Shown here: piece by piece, positions 47,101 to 55,361 of the stretch
Position numbering within the stretch: the stretch's first letter is position 1
Layout of the letters: each line of letters opens with the position of its first letter
IMG/VR virus record: IMGVR_UViG_3300045988_147415
DNA length: 63,014 nt
Direction: 5' to 3' (one strand)
Source of the DNA: a virus
Taxonomy: Duplodnaviria; Heunggongvirae; Uroviricota; Caudoviricetes
Notes under the pieces: model-generated
Database searches by the model: none
Seen by the model: the letters and a program-made list of their open reading frames with translations, nothing else
What the model was told of the DNA's origin: nothing
Made by a program: the position numbers and the translations under genes

Positions 47101-50100
47101 TCAACATCATCTGCCACTTTACCGCCAGCTACTTTTGGCAAGGCATCAGCAATAGCTTTTACCTGGTCTGCAAGCTCAACGGGGAACTGGAATGTAATTG
47201 CACTGGCATACAGATCCGGGTCTATAGCAACCTTGTCCATGTCACGGATGATGGAGAAGATGAAATCATCCGGTTTGTCGTTAGTGATATGCCCGTTTTC
47301 ATCGACTGTCAGCTCATCATTGCGACTTAACTCCTGAGCACGCTTACGAAGCTCTTCATAAGCAGTCTCCTGCTCCCCTGTCATCGGGATCTGCAAGGTG
47401 TTCTCGATGATGTCGGGAATTTTAACCGTCGCTCCGACATCTGCAGCAGTCTTCAGAGTGGTCCAACGATGGAAAATACCACGCAGGCCGTCAAGGTTCT
47501 GGAAGCCCACCAGCCCCTGCTTCTCTTCCACTTCCCCGGAAATTTTCTGGACCTGAACTGTGGCTGTTTTGCCAAACACACGAACGAAATCATCAGGCGT
47601 AATGATGCCCATGCGCATCCACTCTTCCTGCGGAATGACAGTAGACAGCATGTTGAAGGCATCAATCGGACTGTTCACCAGCGGAGTTGCCGTCAGCATG
47701 ACTACACCACGCCCGTTGTTGCGTTTCATCATGTACGCAGCTTTTACAGCCATGTCGCGGGCCATCTTGGATACTGCCGGGTTAGGCAAATATGCCAGTT
47801 GTCCCGCTTCACGCCCGGCATTAAAGGAGTTGCGGTAGTTATGCCCCTCGTCGGCAATCACGCTATCGAAGTTCATATCCTCAAAGTACGGGATATTCTG
47901 CTTCTTCGTTGTACCGGTATTCGCGGCCTGATCCTTAATCTTGTTCTTCTTCTGCGCATCACGGTGTTTACCGGACGCCAGGTCAAGACGCCCCATTTCC
48001 ACAGCATTAAAGACAGCTTGCTGTGAGTTCTCCTCGATGGTTTTTTCTCGTAGCGGGATAGACGCGAATTGTTCTTTTGTCATGATGACCGTTCGCCAAT
48101 TTGACGACGGGATCATGTTCATACGCTGAACGATAACGGCGCTGGCGGACTCTTTCACAACATTTCTGGTAAGAGGCTGCCCGTTACTGTCGAGGCGTGG
48201 TTCGCCATTTTCATCAAGCACCGGCGAGGTCAGAATATTTCCGCTGTCATCACGAACTTCATCCAAACCGATAAACATCATATTGGCGAAGGCATCAGCA
48301 CTGTAGAAACTCTGTGCCTCGTGATACCAGTTCTGATAAACCGCCTTCGGAACAACAATACACGTGCGTTTAGTGCGACCTGTTTCGAAGTTATACGCCT
48401 CAAGCGCAAGCGCGGTCGTGGTTTTACCCAGCCCGGTACCAAATCCCATGATGCCGCGCCCATCTTCTGACAAGCGCCGAACTTCTTCATTCTGATAAGT
48501 AAGAGGAATGCGCTTTCCACTAAGCCCTTCCAGGCCAAGCGGTGCGTCAGAATGCGTGAACGGAATGAAACCATTGAATGCGTCGTTATACTCGCGGGCT
48601 ATCTGATCAGCCTGCGGGTGAGTGCGTAACCAGTCGTTAAAACTAACTTCCAGTTGAGCAATTTTATCCAGGTACTCGTTAGCGTTCTGCCCACGCGGTT
48701 TAACACCGTTCAGGTAGTTTTCTAACTGGTTCAGGAAGCCGTCTTTATTGTTGGCCTTCTTGAACTCATTCCCGTTTTTGCCGTTTACGGTTCGTAGCTG
48801 ATAGCCGGTAAATACCCCGTCCTTACCTTCGTAATCGTCCGGAGATACCAGAATGCCATCGACGACCTTCAGATCAGGTTCAGTGTATTTAAACTCGTCA
48901 TAGCCCTGCTCTGCCAGGAACTCTTTTATCAAGCGGCGATCCAGCCAGCGGGCATTCAGATTAACGGTGACTTTATTTAGTGGCGTGAAAATACGTTTCT
49001 CTTCGATTTTCGCCAACTGACGCTCAAAGTTCGCTTTCTGCTCACCTGTTGACGCATCACGCCAGCCCATCAGCAATGCTGTTTTGGTTGCAATATCGCC
49101 GCTGGTGGCGCGGTCCATCGGCAGCAGGCAGCCATACCCATCAATAGCGATATCATCAAATTTCGCCAGGTATTCAAGGGCCGCGTCGTCGTCCTCTGGC
49201 AGTTCACCAGCAAACGCCTCACGAAAGTCTCCCAGCGTTATAGGATTAAGGGCTACATCACTGAAAAGATGTGCTATCACTTGTTCAGGACGTGTAAAGT
49301 CAATACCGGCAGCACCATCCGTTACATCAAGTCGCCCTGCCAGAAGGTCAGAAGTGGAACCATCCTGTTTCACATTGCCAGTGAACGTCATCCAGTTTTT
49401 AGCGCCAGCTTCAGCAAGCCCATTCAGCTTAATGGCGTGCGGTGGTCCATACTTCGCAACTTCTGCTGCCGCCAGGCGGGATGCATCTGCCAGTTTGTCA
49501 TCAACGTTCACACCCAGGTTACGCAAATCAAGTGCCTTGTTGATCAACTGACCTATCAGCGCACCGCGCATAACGCGCTCCCTGTCTTTTTCTCGCTGCT
49601 TGCCAGCAAAGCGAATCATTGCTGCCACTTCATCACTGACAACCGATGGATAGTCGGACGCGATCGCCGATATCTGGTCCCATGACAAAGCCAGAATCCC
49701 GTTTGTTGACTGGAACGCGATCTGCAGATCGCCAAACGTCGAAACACCATATCGACTTACATCAAGCGCGGAGGATTTGGTTGTCGTGTCCTTAACCCAT
49801 TTCAGACCATCAAACTCATGCCAGATACCGCCTACAAGGCGTTTATCGCCCACTTTCGCACCCTGCCATGCCTGAGTAGTTACGCCGAGCAAATCCCAAT
49901 TGATGCGACTATCAAAGCGACGAGATAGCGCGGTTTTCATCGACTCATTGGATACACGACCGTCTTTTTTCACCACCAGGGTATTGCGGAAGCTGGTACG
50001 TTCCATGTCGCCGTAAACAAATCGCTTCCCTTCGGTTGTAAACCATTTTCCTTTGAGGAAGGTATCCCAAAGGACGTTTGCCGATTTGAGTGTTGAATCA

Positions 50101-50975
50101 TCCGTGTCGGGGATCATCTCCAGGAAGGTTTCCGGGTGTTTACGCAATACCCATACGTCCACCACGGTATCTGTACCGGATTCGCTGAACGTACCAGAAG
50201 GCATACGATGTGCGCCCAAAAATTCCGCTTTACGGCTGACTTTATCGCGCAATTTTTTATATTTCGCACCATCGGTCATGCCATTCGGCACCACCAATAC
50301 GATAAGCCCACCAGGCTTAACCTTGTCGATCGTGCGCAGCACAAAGTAATTGCCAACGTTCTTCTCGTTTGCATATGCCGGATCAAGCCCGGCGACACCG
50401 GAACGCCCTTCACCAAACGGTACGTTACCAACAGCGTGATCATACATTGCGTCTTTCGCCGCCAGCGCCTCAAACGCCCCGATATTCACATCGTCTTCCG
50501 GGTGCAAAAGCTGGTTTATTCGACCGGAAATCGGAGACAGTTCGGCGCTGGTCATTATCATGCCCTGCCGTTTTGTCTCCTGGAAAATACCTGTGCCCGC
50601 TGATGGTTCCAGTACGTGCCCGCCATCAATACCGTAGTCAGCAAACAGATCCCATATACCTTCAGCCATAAACTGTGGCGTGTAGTATTCGTATTGGCTG
50701 CCCTCACCATCTGTCAGGCCGCCTTCACCGGTATACCCGGCAAGAATCTGACGTTGTTCGTCAGTTAATTTCGCCCCATCGAAGCCGGGCGGAAGGGAAT
50801 TAAGAAGATCTACTGCGGCATTATTTGCTGCCCGGCGTGTTTTCTGAATACTGACGCCATCGGCTTTCCTGACGCCAAAGGTCGCAACAGCACGTAATTT
50901 ATGCAACCGACTAACAATTTCAATCAGTTCGCCTAAGCTGGAGGCTTCACTGATTGAATGAAGTAGTTTGTCCAA
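44139..50975 (-). CDS. darB: 2278-aa DNA methyltransferase-helicase fusion (DarB-like putative antirestriction protein)
   Basis: N-terminal SAM-MTase motif I (LEPSAGTGIF) and N6-adenine motif IV (NVPFGEG); central SF2 helicase motifs (GLGKTT, DEGHNYRN, LTATPLVNSP, QRNGRGARVGS); AGAGGGGGA RBS. Confidence 0.8.
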   Translation of the reverse strand: MDKLLHSISEASSLGELIEIVSRLHKLRAVATFGVRKADGVSIQKTRRAANNAAVDLLNSLPPGFDGAKLTDEQRQILAGYTGEGGLTDGEGSQYEYYTPQFMAEGIWDLFADYGIDGGHVLEPSAGTGIFQETKRQGMIMTSAELSPISGRINQLLHPEDDVNIGAFEALAAKDAMYDHAVGNVPFGEGRSGVAGLDPAYANEKNVGNYFVLRTIDKVKPGGLIVLVVPNGMTDGAKYKKLRDKVSRKAEFLGAHRMPSGTFSESGTDTVVDVWVLRKHPETFLEMIPDTDDSTLKSANVLWDTFLKGKWFTTEGKRFVYGDMERTSFRNTLVVKKDGRVSNESMKTALSRRFDSRINWDLLGVTTQAWQGAKVGDKRLVGGIWHEFDGLKWVKDTTTKSSALDVSRYGVSTFGDLQIAFQSTNGILALSWDQISAIASDYPSVVSDEVAAMIRFAGKQREKDRERVMRGALIGQLINKALDLRNLGVNVDDKLADASRLAAAEVAKYGPPHAIKLNGLAEAGAKNWMTFTGNVKQDGSTSDLLAGRLDVTDGAAGIDFTRPEQVIAHLFSDVALNPITLGDFREAFAGELPEDDDAALEYLAKFDDIAIDGYGCLLPMDRATSGDIATKTALLMGWRDASTGEQKANFERQLAKIEEKRIFTPLNKVTVNLNARWLDRRLIKEFLAEQGYDEFKYTEPDLKVVDGILVSPDDYEGKDGVFTGYQLRTVNGKNGNEFKKANNKDGFLNQLENYLNGVKPRGQNANEYLDKIAQLEVSFNDWLRTHPQADQIAREYNDAFNGFIPFTHSDAPLGLEGLSGKRIPLTYQNEEVRRLSEDGRGIMGFGTGLGKTTTALALEAYNFETGRTKRTCIVVPKAVYQNWYHEAQSFYSADAFANMMFIGLDEVRDDSGNILTSPVLDENGEPRLDSNGQPLTRNVVKESASAVIVQRMNMIPSSNWRTVIMTKEQFASIPLREKTIEENSQQAVFNAVEMGRLDLASGKHRDAQKKNKIKDQAANTGTTKKQNIPYFEDMNFDSVIADEGHNYRNSFNAGREAGQLAYLPNPAVSKMARDMAVKAAYMMKRNNGRGVVMLTATPLVNSPIDAFNMLSTVIPQEEWMRMGIITPDDFVRVFGKTATVQVQKISGEVEEKQGLVGFQNLDGLRGIFHRWTTLKTAADVGATVKIPDIIENTLQIPMTGEQETAYEELRKRAQELSRNDELTVDENGHITNDKPDDFIFSIIRDMDKVAIDPDLYASAITFQFPVELADQVKAIADALPKVAGGKVADDVDEAEEDGAGGLVSTRTSKVVKTAFSEHPTHVEIRASIELEAEILKAIAAAGIDMQQVSHPIPPKYAALIENLREGLKNGKQIVFIDEKAQHQKLRRIIASALQMPEQEIGIINATTVSQAGGIKLKKVNKPTEPTPNKNGEYKEGAWETYYSKLAQYEDYLSAKNDAGLEGMEGIAADYNEGRTRIIICNKKAEVGINLHIGTTDIHHLTLPWTPASIDQRNGRGARVGSPQEKVNVHYYCGKGTFDDFRLDTLKRKKDWIKMVMTSDMSEIANGDADDADERAIMLAANPEERRAIMARQAQEREERLKLKAQREANNALDIYLKAANAAGKDIGMMETELKSAMEQIEYYQRNLDDLIKAGTNRNGQKYALEQLSSYRKRARVLRFAITRAKDADTIMKRSRGDVERAIKSGVLDISIDVIQNPQEYMRTDKNILLHKGSYYRAVIDDRETTAIVRVEKIDGEKAQYICRIAWLDRASRYARSPGSIVTLPFDSVIEAVTFEEGVAESRATAARGVQCHQLSTSLTRDQFYDAIRNGVMKVTTGQPGRAWGGEPGIKYWAYRTDDGQIALSSTYDGMIGQKIGRTSDIAPEQWIYPDINNEALKREVAKIQASDNPLNIVDGEGFLQALYGYDYIQGMQAWGAQATMDDVAQEFENWMAGRGLSGRSLNKVTSEDILSLFRKPSGEGLESFWRTVLAYRLFQGRMKAFSNIDDIERMFNQVKIAKIKTKIEKTRSALVAWRDALFEQYKSLSDADGWAALEQLANNGVDGAKLAIVQADNPLESPAAQWIKVGAVINAFDEKYISKDDFADAVSVNRLVEMATRRARELKDGDYVNELPDTLKSATWQDYVSLKNGGATESEIAERLEQAESKREEQAAVAEARADEAANDDYIIVVNDKPIRAKARVRGRWWSVSEDVGAVYLIADQPGSSTIRNAKDAIKKIGGRFWNFEANPVADVNFDRPAWMVSTRYSVDELRKIIADAA

Positions 50976-51126
50976 AGGATTTCCCCCTCTAAACCGTAAA
51001 AAATTCCGCTATGCGGTACGATTGAGAGGGTATGGAGAATGTTATTTTCAGGGGGACGATACTACCGTCAAAATCACATACTCCCCATAGTTTGCCTACT
51101 TATTAACCCATGACCGGGAGAAAAAT

Positions 51127-51612
51127 ATGGCAAACATTGAACCTCGCTGGCTAATTGAAGCCCGTAAGCACATTGGCCTGACTGAAATAAAAGGCGCTAA
51201 ACACAACCCTGAAATCGTTCAGTTCTGGCGCGACATCAAGCGCGGCGGAATTAAAGACGATGAAACGCCGTGGTGCGCAGCATTTGTCGGTGCAATGCTG
51301 GAACGTGTAGGCATCCGCTCAACAAGATTTGAGTCGGCAAAATCCTATCTGGATTGGGGCGAGAAATTAGATACACCGGCATACGGATGTATCGTTGTAT
51401 TTACCCGCGTAGGCGGTGGGCACGTAGGCTTCGTTGTCGGACGCCGCGCCAATGGCGATCTGCTTGTCCTGGGTGGGAACCAGGGGGATGCGGTTAATAT
51501 TCGCGCATTCCCAACATCAAGAGTGTCTGGCTATCGCTGGCCTGCTGGCGAACCACGCAATACCGCTCTGTTACCAGTCGGAGACGCAGCAACCTCAACT
51601 AATGAGGCATGA
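51127..51612 (+). CDS. TIGR02594-family protein (CHAP/NlpC-P60-like putative peptidoglycan peptidase)
   Basis: Conserved WCAAFV...GCIVVF...GGGHVGFVVG pattern (Cys/His dyad). Confidence 0.5.
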   Translation: MANIEPRWLIEARKHIGLTEIKGAKHNPEIVQFWRDIKRGGIKDDETPWCAAFVGAMLERVGIRSTRFESAKSYLDWGEKLDTPAYGCIVVFTRVGGGHVGFVVGRRANGDLLVLGGNQGDAVNIRAFPTSRVSGYRWPAGEPRNTALLPVGDAATSTNEA

Positions 51613-51637
51613 AAAAAGCCCCGGCCAGGCCGGGGCA
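51611..51637 (-). terminator. Rho-independent terminator after the split antirepressor gene
   Basis: GCCCCGGCC-AGG-CCGGGGC followed on the minus strand by UUUUUU. Confidence 0.5.
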
Positions 51638-51644
51638 TCACGCT

Positions 51645-51845
51645 TCAAGTCACGATCCAATCATTACCGACTATATCAGCCGTCGATAAATCAACTTCCC
51701 GGATCTGGAGTCCATTAATACAAAACCATCCGGTAGTAGAGTAATTATCAGGCCAGGCCCATACACCAACACTCCATGCTTTACGGCGGCACACTTCAGC
51801 CTGTCCTTCCCTGATTTTTTTTACCGCCTGCATGATGTCCATCAC
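51645..51845 (-). CDS. antirepressor C-terminal domain encoded as a separate ORF (immI-like copy 2)
   Basis: 66 aa aligning with the last 60 residues of the intact antirepressor (...VCRRKAW..GVWAWP...DWIVT); start overlaps the upstream stop (ATGA) in a different frame. Confidence 0.5.
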   Translation of the reverse strand: MMDIMQAVKKIREGQAEVCRRKAWSVGVWAWPDNYSTTGWFCINGLQIREVDLSTADIVGNDWIVT

Positions 51846-52549
51846 TCACCTCCCCAACCGATCACCTGGAATTGCCCCATTTTGGGGTGATACCAGCGTT
51901 TTCCTCGGTGTTCAGCCTCCGACATCATCCGGTTAAAAGCATTCATGAAGGGAGATAAGGCCACGATGGAACGACGCGACAATACCCCCTCTGGAGTTAA
52001 AAACTCATGTGTATCGGTGGGAATCCGGTAAGCGTTGACAAGGTTGCGGCATTTGGCTTCGGTCAGGCCGCATTTTGCCGCCAGCTGGCGGTATCCAATG
52101 TAACCATCTGGCATGTTGCCCTTCTTGATTTGCTCGACGGTTTCTACCACCTGGCTAACCTTTGACTCAACAACATGAAGCCGCTTTTGCTGCTGAACTG
52201 CATTTGCAGCCATTGCGGCGATCATCTCTATTTCGGTCAACGGCTGGCGTGCTTGTTCTTCCAGTTCGCGCCAGCGGTCCACCAGCCGGGCGGTGAATTC
52301 GGGAGAGAGCTGCGCAACGACAATAATGCTGTCTCGTTTGCCTTGCTCGCCTTCGAAGACGTAAGCCTCGACACTACGGCGTAGTCCTAAGTTATTGATT
52401 TTTTCGAAAACCTGCAATGCAGGAAGTTGAATAACTCCAGATTTAGCCAGGCGCTCTATTGATATTTTTACGTTATCTGGACGACTTCCCACCAGCTCCG
52501 CGATCTCAATGCTGGTCATTGATGGCTTTTCAAGAATGCAGATATCCAT
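51842..52549 (-). CDS. ant: antirepressor N-terminal Rha-type portion (immI-like copy 2; gene split relative to copy 1)
   Basis: TSIEIAELVGSRPDNVK Rha N-terminus; high similarity to 12471..13412 over about 230 aa, then terminates early. Confidence 0.65.
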   Translation of the reverse strand: MDICILEKPSMTSIEIAELVGSRPDNVKISIERLAKSGVIQLPALQVFEKINNLGLRRSVEAYVFEGEQGKRDSIIVVAQLSPEFTARLVDRWRELEEQARQPLTEIEMIAAMAANAVQQQKRLHVVESKVSQVVETVEQIKKGNMPDGYIGYRQLAAKCGLTEAKCRNLVNAYRIPTDTHEFLTPEGVLSRRSIVALSPFMNAFNRMMSEAEHRGKRWYHPKMGQFQVIGWGGE

Positions 52550-52773
52550 CAGTGTGCCTCCGCAATGCCGGGATTGGTAATATTGCGATACCAGGGATTA
52601 GTGTTTGGTTGTGGGGAAGTAGAGAAACGACCAGTAAGAACACCATGCTGATCAGGGATCAGAGAACGGGCTTCTTTTTCGGTTGCGGCAATTGCGAAGT
52701 GATCGCAGTGTTTTTGCAGGGAGTGGAAACGCCAGATGAATTCTGGACGTGAGCAAGGATTGGCATTAACCAT
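52549..52773 (-). CDS. icd: Icd-like small protein, immI copy 2
   Basis: 74 aa; paralog of 13412..13627 (PEFIWRFHSLQKH...ATEKEARS); GAGG RBS. Confidence 0.5.
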   Translation of the reverse strand: MVNANPCSRPEFIWRFHSLQKHCDHFAIAATEKEARSLIPDQHGVLTGRFSTSPQPNTNPWYRNITNPGIAEAH

Positions 52774-52829
52774 AGTTACGGCCTCACTAACAGGTTTAAC
52801 AACCTGCTACCCGCTGTCAAACAGGTGGC

Positions 52830-52920
52830 AGGACGTGACAGGGTTGACAGACTGGCGTTAGTGAAACCAGCAGGCCGAAGCCTCCCCATCACGCCCCACC
52901 ATAATTCGGGCGTAACGCGG
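52830..52920 (-). ncRNA. candidate c4-like antisense regulatory RNA, immI copy 2
   Basis: CUGUCAAC element complementary to UUGACAGC sites located about 41 nt before the icd start and again about 170 nt upstream; same geometry as copy 1 with a different sequence; boundaries approximate. Confidence 0.3.
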
Positions 52921-53116
52921 TTTACGGACACAAAAATACCGCAATATCGGAAATCTGCGGTTGTCCGCACTAACATTCAGGCTGTCAAACCTGGTCGCAG
53001 AATTTGCTACGACGGCATGAATATAAGCCTGAAAACATGGAAGATCAACTAAAAATTTCAGCAATGGATGACTTCAGTCGATGATGCAGATCATACATTC
53101 CGATTTAGAAACAGCA

Positions 53117-53135
53117 AATTAATTTTCTAACACAG
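53117..53135 (+). promoter_or_regulatory. operator-like motif AAATTAATTTTCTAACACA upstream of the immI copy 2 operon
   Basis: Recurrent motif about 340 bp upstream of the icd start. Confidence 0.4.
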
Positions 53136-53186
53136 ATTATCGAGCGAGCATTTTCCGATCATTGGGATGTTTTGTAGACACACAGG

Positions 53187-54149
53187 TCATCCCCTAAAGC
53201 CCGCCGGGATTGACCAATCCTCACGGTCAAATTCAGACCGATAGCCACGCTGTTTCATCAGGTCAAAGGCTTCACCAATGGTTGCACACCCCTGGGAGCC
53301 AGAATAATCCATTGAGAAATCCAGGGCACTGGATTGTTTAGGCTTATTCACTGCGGTAGCGGCACTACGTATCCATGCAAATTTTTTTGCCAGCTTTTCA
53401 GCGGTACGATACAGAGCCTGCCGTTTTGCGTGCCCCTCGTCTGAACGACGCTTTGCAGCTCTCGCTTTTGCCGCCGCCAGGCAGTGGTTGGTATGTTCTT
53501 CCCTGATTACTGGTTTTTTATCCAGCCCCCCATTATCCGCTTGAGAACTATCTTCTGGTGAAGCCTTTGGCTGAACCGCGCATGATCTTTCTCTTCTTTT
53601 GGCTATAGAGTGACTCTTATTTTCTATTGGCTGTCCATTTTGAACATGGGGGGACTTGTTCAATTTGAACAGGGGGTTCCCAGTTTCAAAAAAATAACGA
53701 ACCTTTGAAATCAACTGCTTAACCAGTTTTGTGGCGTTGGCAAATTTGATGCCCTGCTTACCCCCTATCTCCATTGCTACATGAATGAAGTGGAGAAATT
53801 GTGTCGTAAACCGATATACGTTACACACCTGGGCATTGTTATTCGCTACCTGATGTTGCTTAACAAGCATTCCGCACTTCGTCGCTTCAGCAAATGCCCG
53901 GCGCACAGTAGAAATACTGCGTCCTGTAATCTCGGACATATCAGCATATGAGCGACGGATCATGTATTCATCGGTAGACCCTGCCAGGTTGGCGAACTCG
54001 GCAATAATGGCGCTATGTGAAGGGGAAAGAAGACCGCTATGACGAGCAAAAAAACTCAACTGATGACCTTTGATTTTTTTGTGGTATTCAGTGTTGTTTT
54101 TATACTCAGAAGTGTTGAAAGTTACTGAAACTGAATTTAAAATACTCAC
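53187..54149 (-). CDS. HTH-containing protein; possible replication/regulatory protein (RepL-like position)
   Basis: Internal HTH (ADMSEITGRSISTVRRAFAEATKCGMLV); own promoter after a terminator. Confidence 0.35.
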   Translation of the reverse strand: MSILNSVSVTFNTSEYKNNTEYHKKIKGHQLSFFARHSGLLSPSHSAIIAEFANLAGSTDEYMIRRSYADMSEITGRSISTVRRAFAEATKCGMLVKQHQVANNNAQVCNVYRFTTQFLHFIHVAMEIGGKQGIKFANATKLVKQLISKVRYFFETGNPLFKLNKSPHVQNGQPIENKSHSIAKRRERSCAVQPKASPEDSSQADNGGLDKKPVIREEHTNHCLAAAKARAAKRRSDEGHAKRQALYRTAEKLAKKFAWIRSAATAVNKPKQSSALDFSMDYSGSQGCATIGEAFDLMKQRGYRSEFDREDWSIPAGFRG

Positions 54150-54212
54150 CAGATAGTTCCGTGAAAAAATCTATCTACCGTATAAATCTATGGCAGTGGA
54201 TTTATACACCCA

Positions 54213-54236
54213 AAAAGCCGCTTCTCAGCGGCTTTT
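54213..54236. terminator. bidirectional Rho-independent terminator
   Basis: AAGCCGC-TTCTCA-GCGGCTT with flanking A/T runs. Confidence 0.5.
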
Positions 54237-54319
54237 GCTTTTTTGGCAGTCGCTACCGGAGCAGTGACCGCGATCCTACTCGATCCCATCCACCAGGATC
54301 AACAGTGTATATAAATACA

Positions 54320-54346
54320 CTATGTTAGAAATTTAACTTAACAAGG
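54320..54346 (-). promoter_or_regulatory. operator-like motif (CCTTGTTAAGTTAAATTTCTAACATAG on minus strand) next to palindrome GTGTATATAAATACAC
   Basis: Near-identical to the site at 42167-42193; adjacent perfect 6-4-6 palindrome at about 54305-54320. Confidence 0.45.
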
Positions 54347-54349
54347 CAA

Positions 54350-55348
54350 TCACCCCCTTCTAGAAACGAAGAGTAACGGGGTGGTGTTTTTGTTCTCCTT
54401 CGGTGATAACTCTGGTTCTTTCTTGCCTGATACCGGTAAGCCATAAGTAGCATTTGCCCCAAGAGATTCAAGCATCGCAGCCACTATGCGGGCATCATCT
54501 TCAGACTGCATACGGCAGAGCGCCCGGCGCTGTTCTGCGCTGATAAAAACAGGCATTTCCTGGATAGCGTCACGCAAAATCCGGCGGCATTGCTTTGCAT
54601 TTTCCCCTTGGCTTTCCATCATCGCTGTTTGAGCGCGCAGCTTATCTCGAAGCTGTATGTTTTCCACTTCAAGGAGCATCAATTCTGATTCCAGGGCTTC
54701 ACGATGTGCAGATTCGAGCATGGCTTGCTGATTTTTCATTGCTGAAAAGTGGTGAACCAGATCCGTAGCTGCGTTATCGGTAAAACCTTGTTCGATAAGT
54801 GCTGCATGAATAGCCGCATCGCGCTCTTCTGCTGATTCAAGCATCAGGCTTTTCTTGTCGAGGCTGATATAGTTAGGCACAGTTACGTAATCAAAGCCGT
54901 GGAAAGACTTTACCAAGGATACCGATGAATCTGGACCAGATGTAGCCCACGACCAACCACCAGCACCAGAATTAATCATGCCCTGAACAATACGCCCGGT
55001 GTCTGTATCCAGTATTTCCTGCGTATGCGTAACAATGCCGTTGTCGTCAATCGAAATGTCGATAGTCCTGTTTGACGGCACGTTCTCCAATACAACAGGC
55101 TTCCCATCTACCATCACAACAGAGACTTCCGGCAAGTTCAGGCTTTTCGTTTTGTTATAGTGCATCGCCCGGCGACCATGACCGTAATAACCATACATCT
55201 CACCCAGCGCGATACGCTCTTTTGTTTCTGGCGAGTTGAATGTGTCTCGTACCGACTGAATGACGTAATTTCGGTTGTTCTGCGGTGTGTGTTTGCGGAT
55301 TTTCTCTACCAGGGAGAAGCGATCCGTAACAGTATTCAGTGATTGCAT
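54350..55348 (-). CDS. putative head morphogenesis protein (protease/scaffold-like by position)
   Basis: 332-aa ORF directly downstream of the portal-sized gene; coiled-coil C-terminal half. Confidence 0.3.
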   Translation of the reverse strand: MQSLNTVTDRFSLVEKIRKHTPQNNRNYVIQSVRDTFNSPETKERIALGEMYGYYGHGRRAMHYNKTKSLNLPEVSVVMVDGKPVVLENVPSNRTIDISIDDNGIVTHTQEILDTDTGRIVQGMINSGAGGWSWATSGPDSSVSLVKSFHGFDYVTVPNYISLDKKSLMLESAEERDAAIHAALIEQGFTDNAATDLVHHFSAMKNQQAMLESAHREALESELMLLEVENIQLRDKLRAQTAMMESQGENAKQCRRILRDAIQEMPVFISAEQRRALCRMQSEDDARIVAAMLESLGANATYGLPVSGKKEPELSPKENKNTTPLLFVSRRG

Positions 55349-55361
55349 TATTTCCCTCCGG

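Noticed and set aside
45524-50671. About 20 ORFs of 60-230 aa on both strands
   Set aside because: All lie inside the continuous 2278-aa methyltransferase-helicase frame; none has an independent RBS or domain signature
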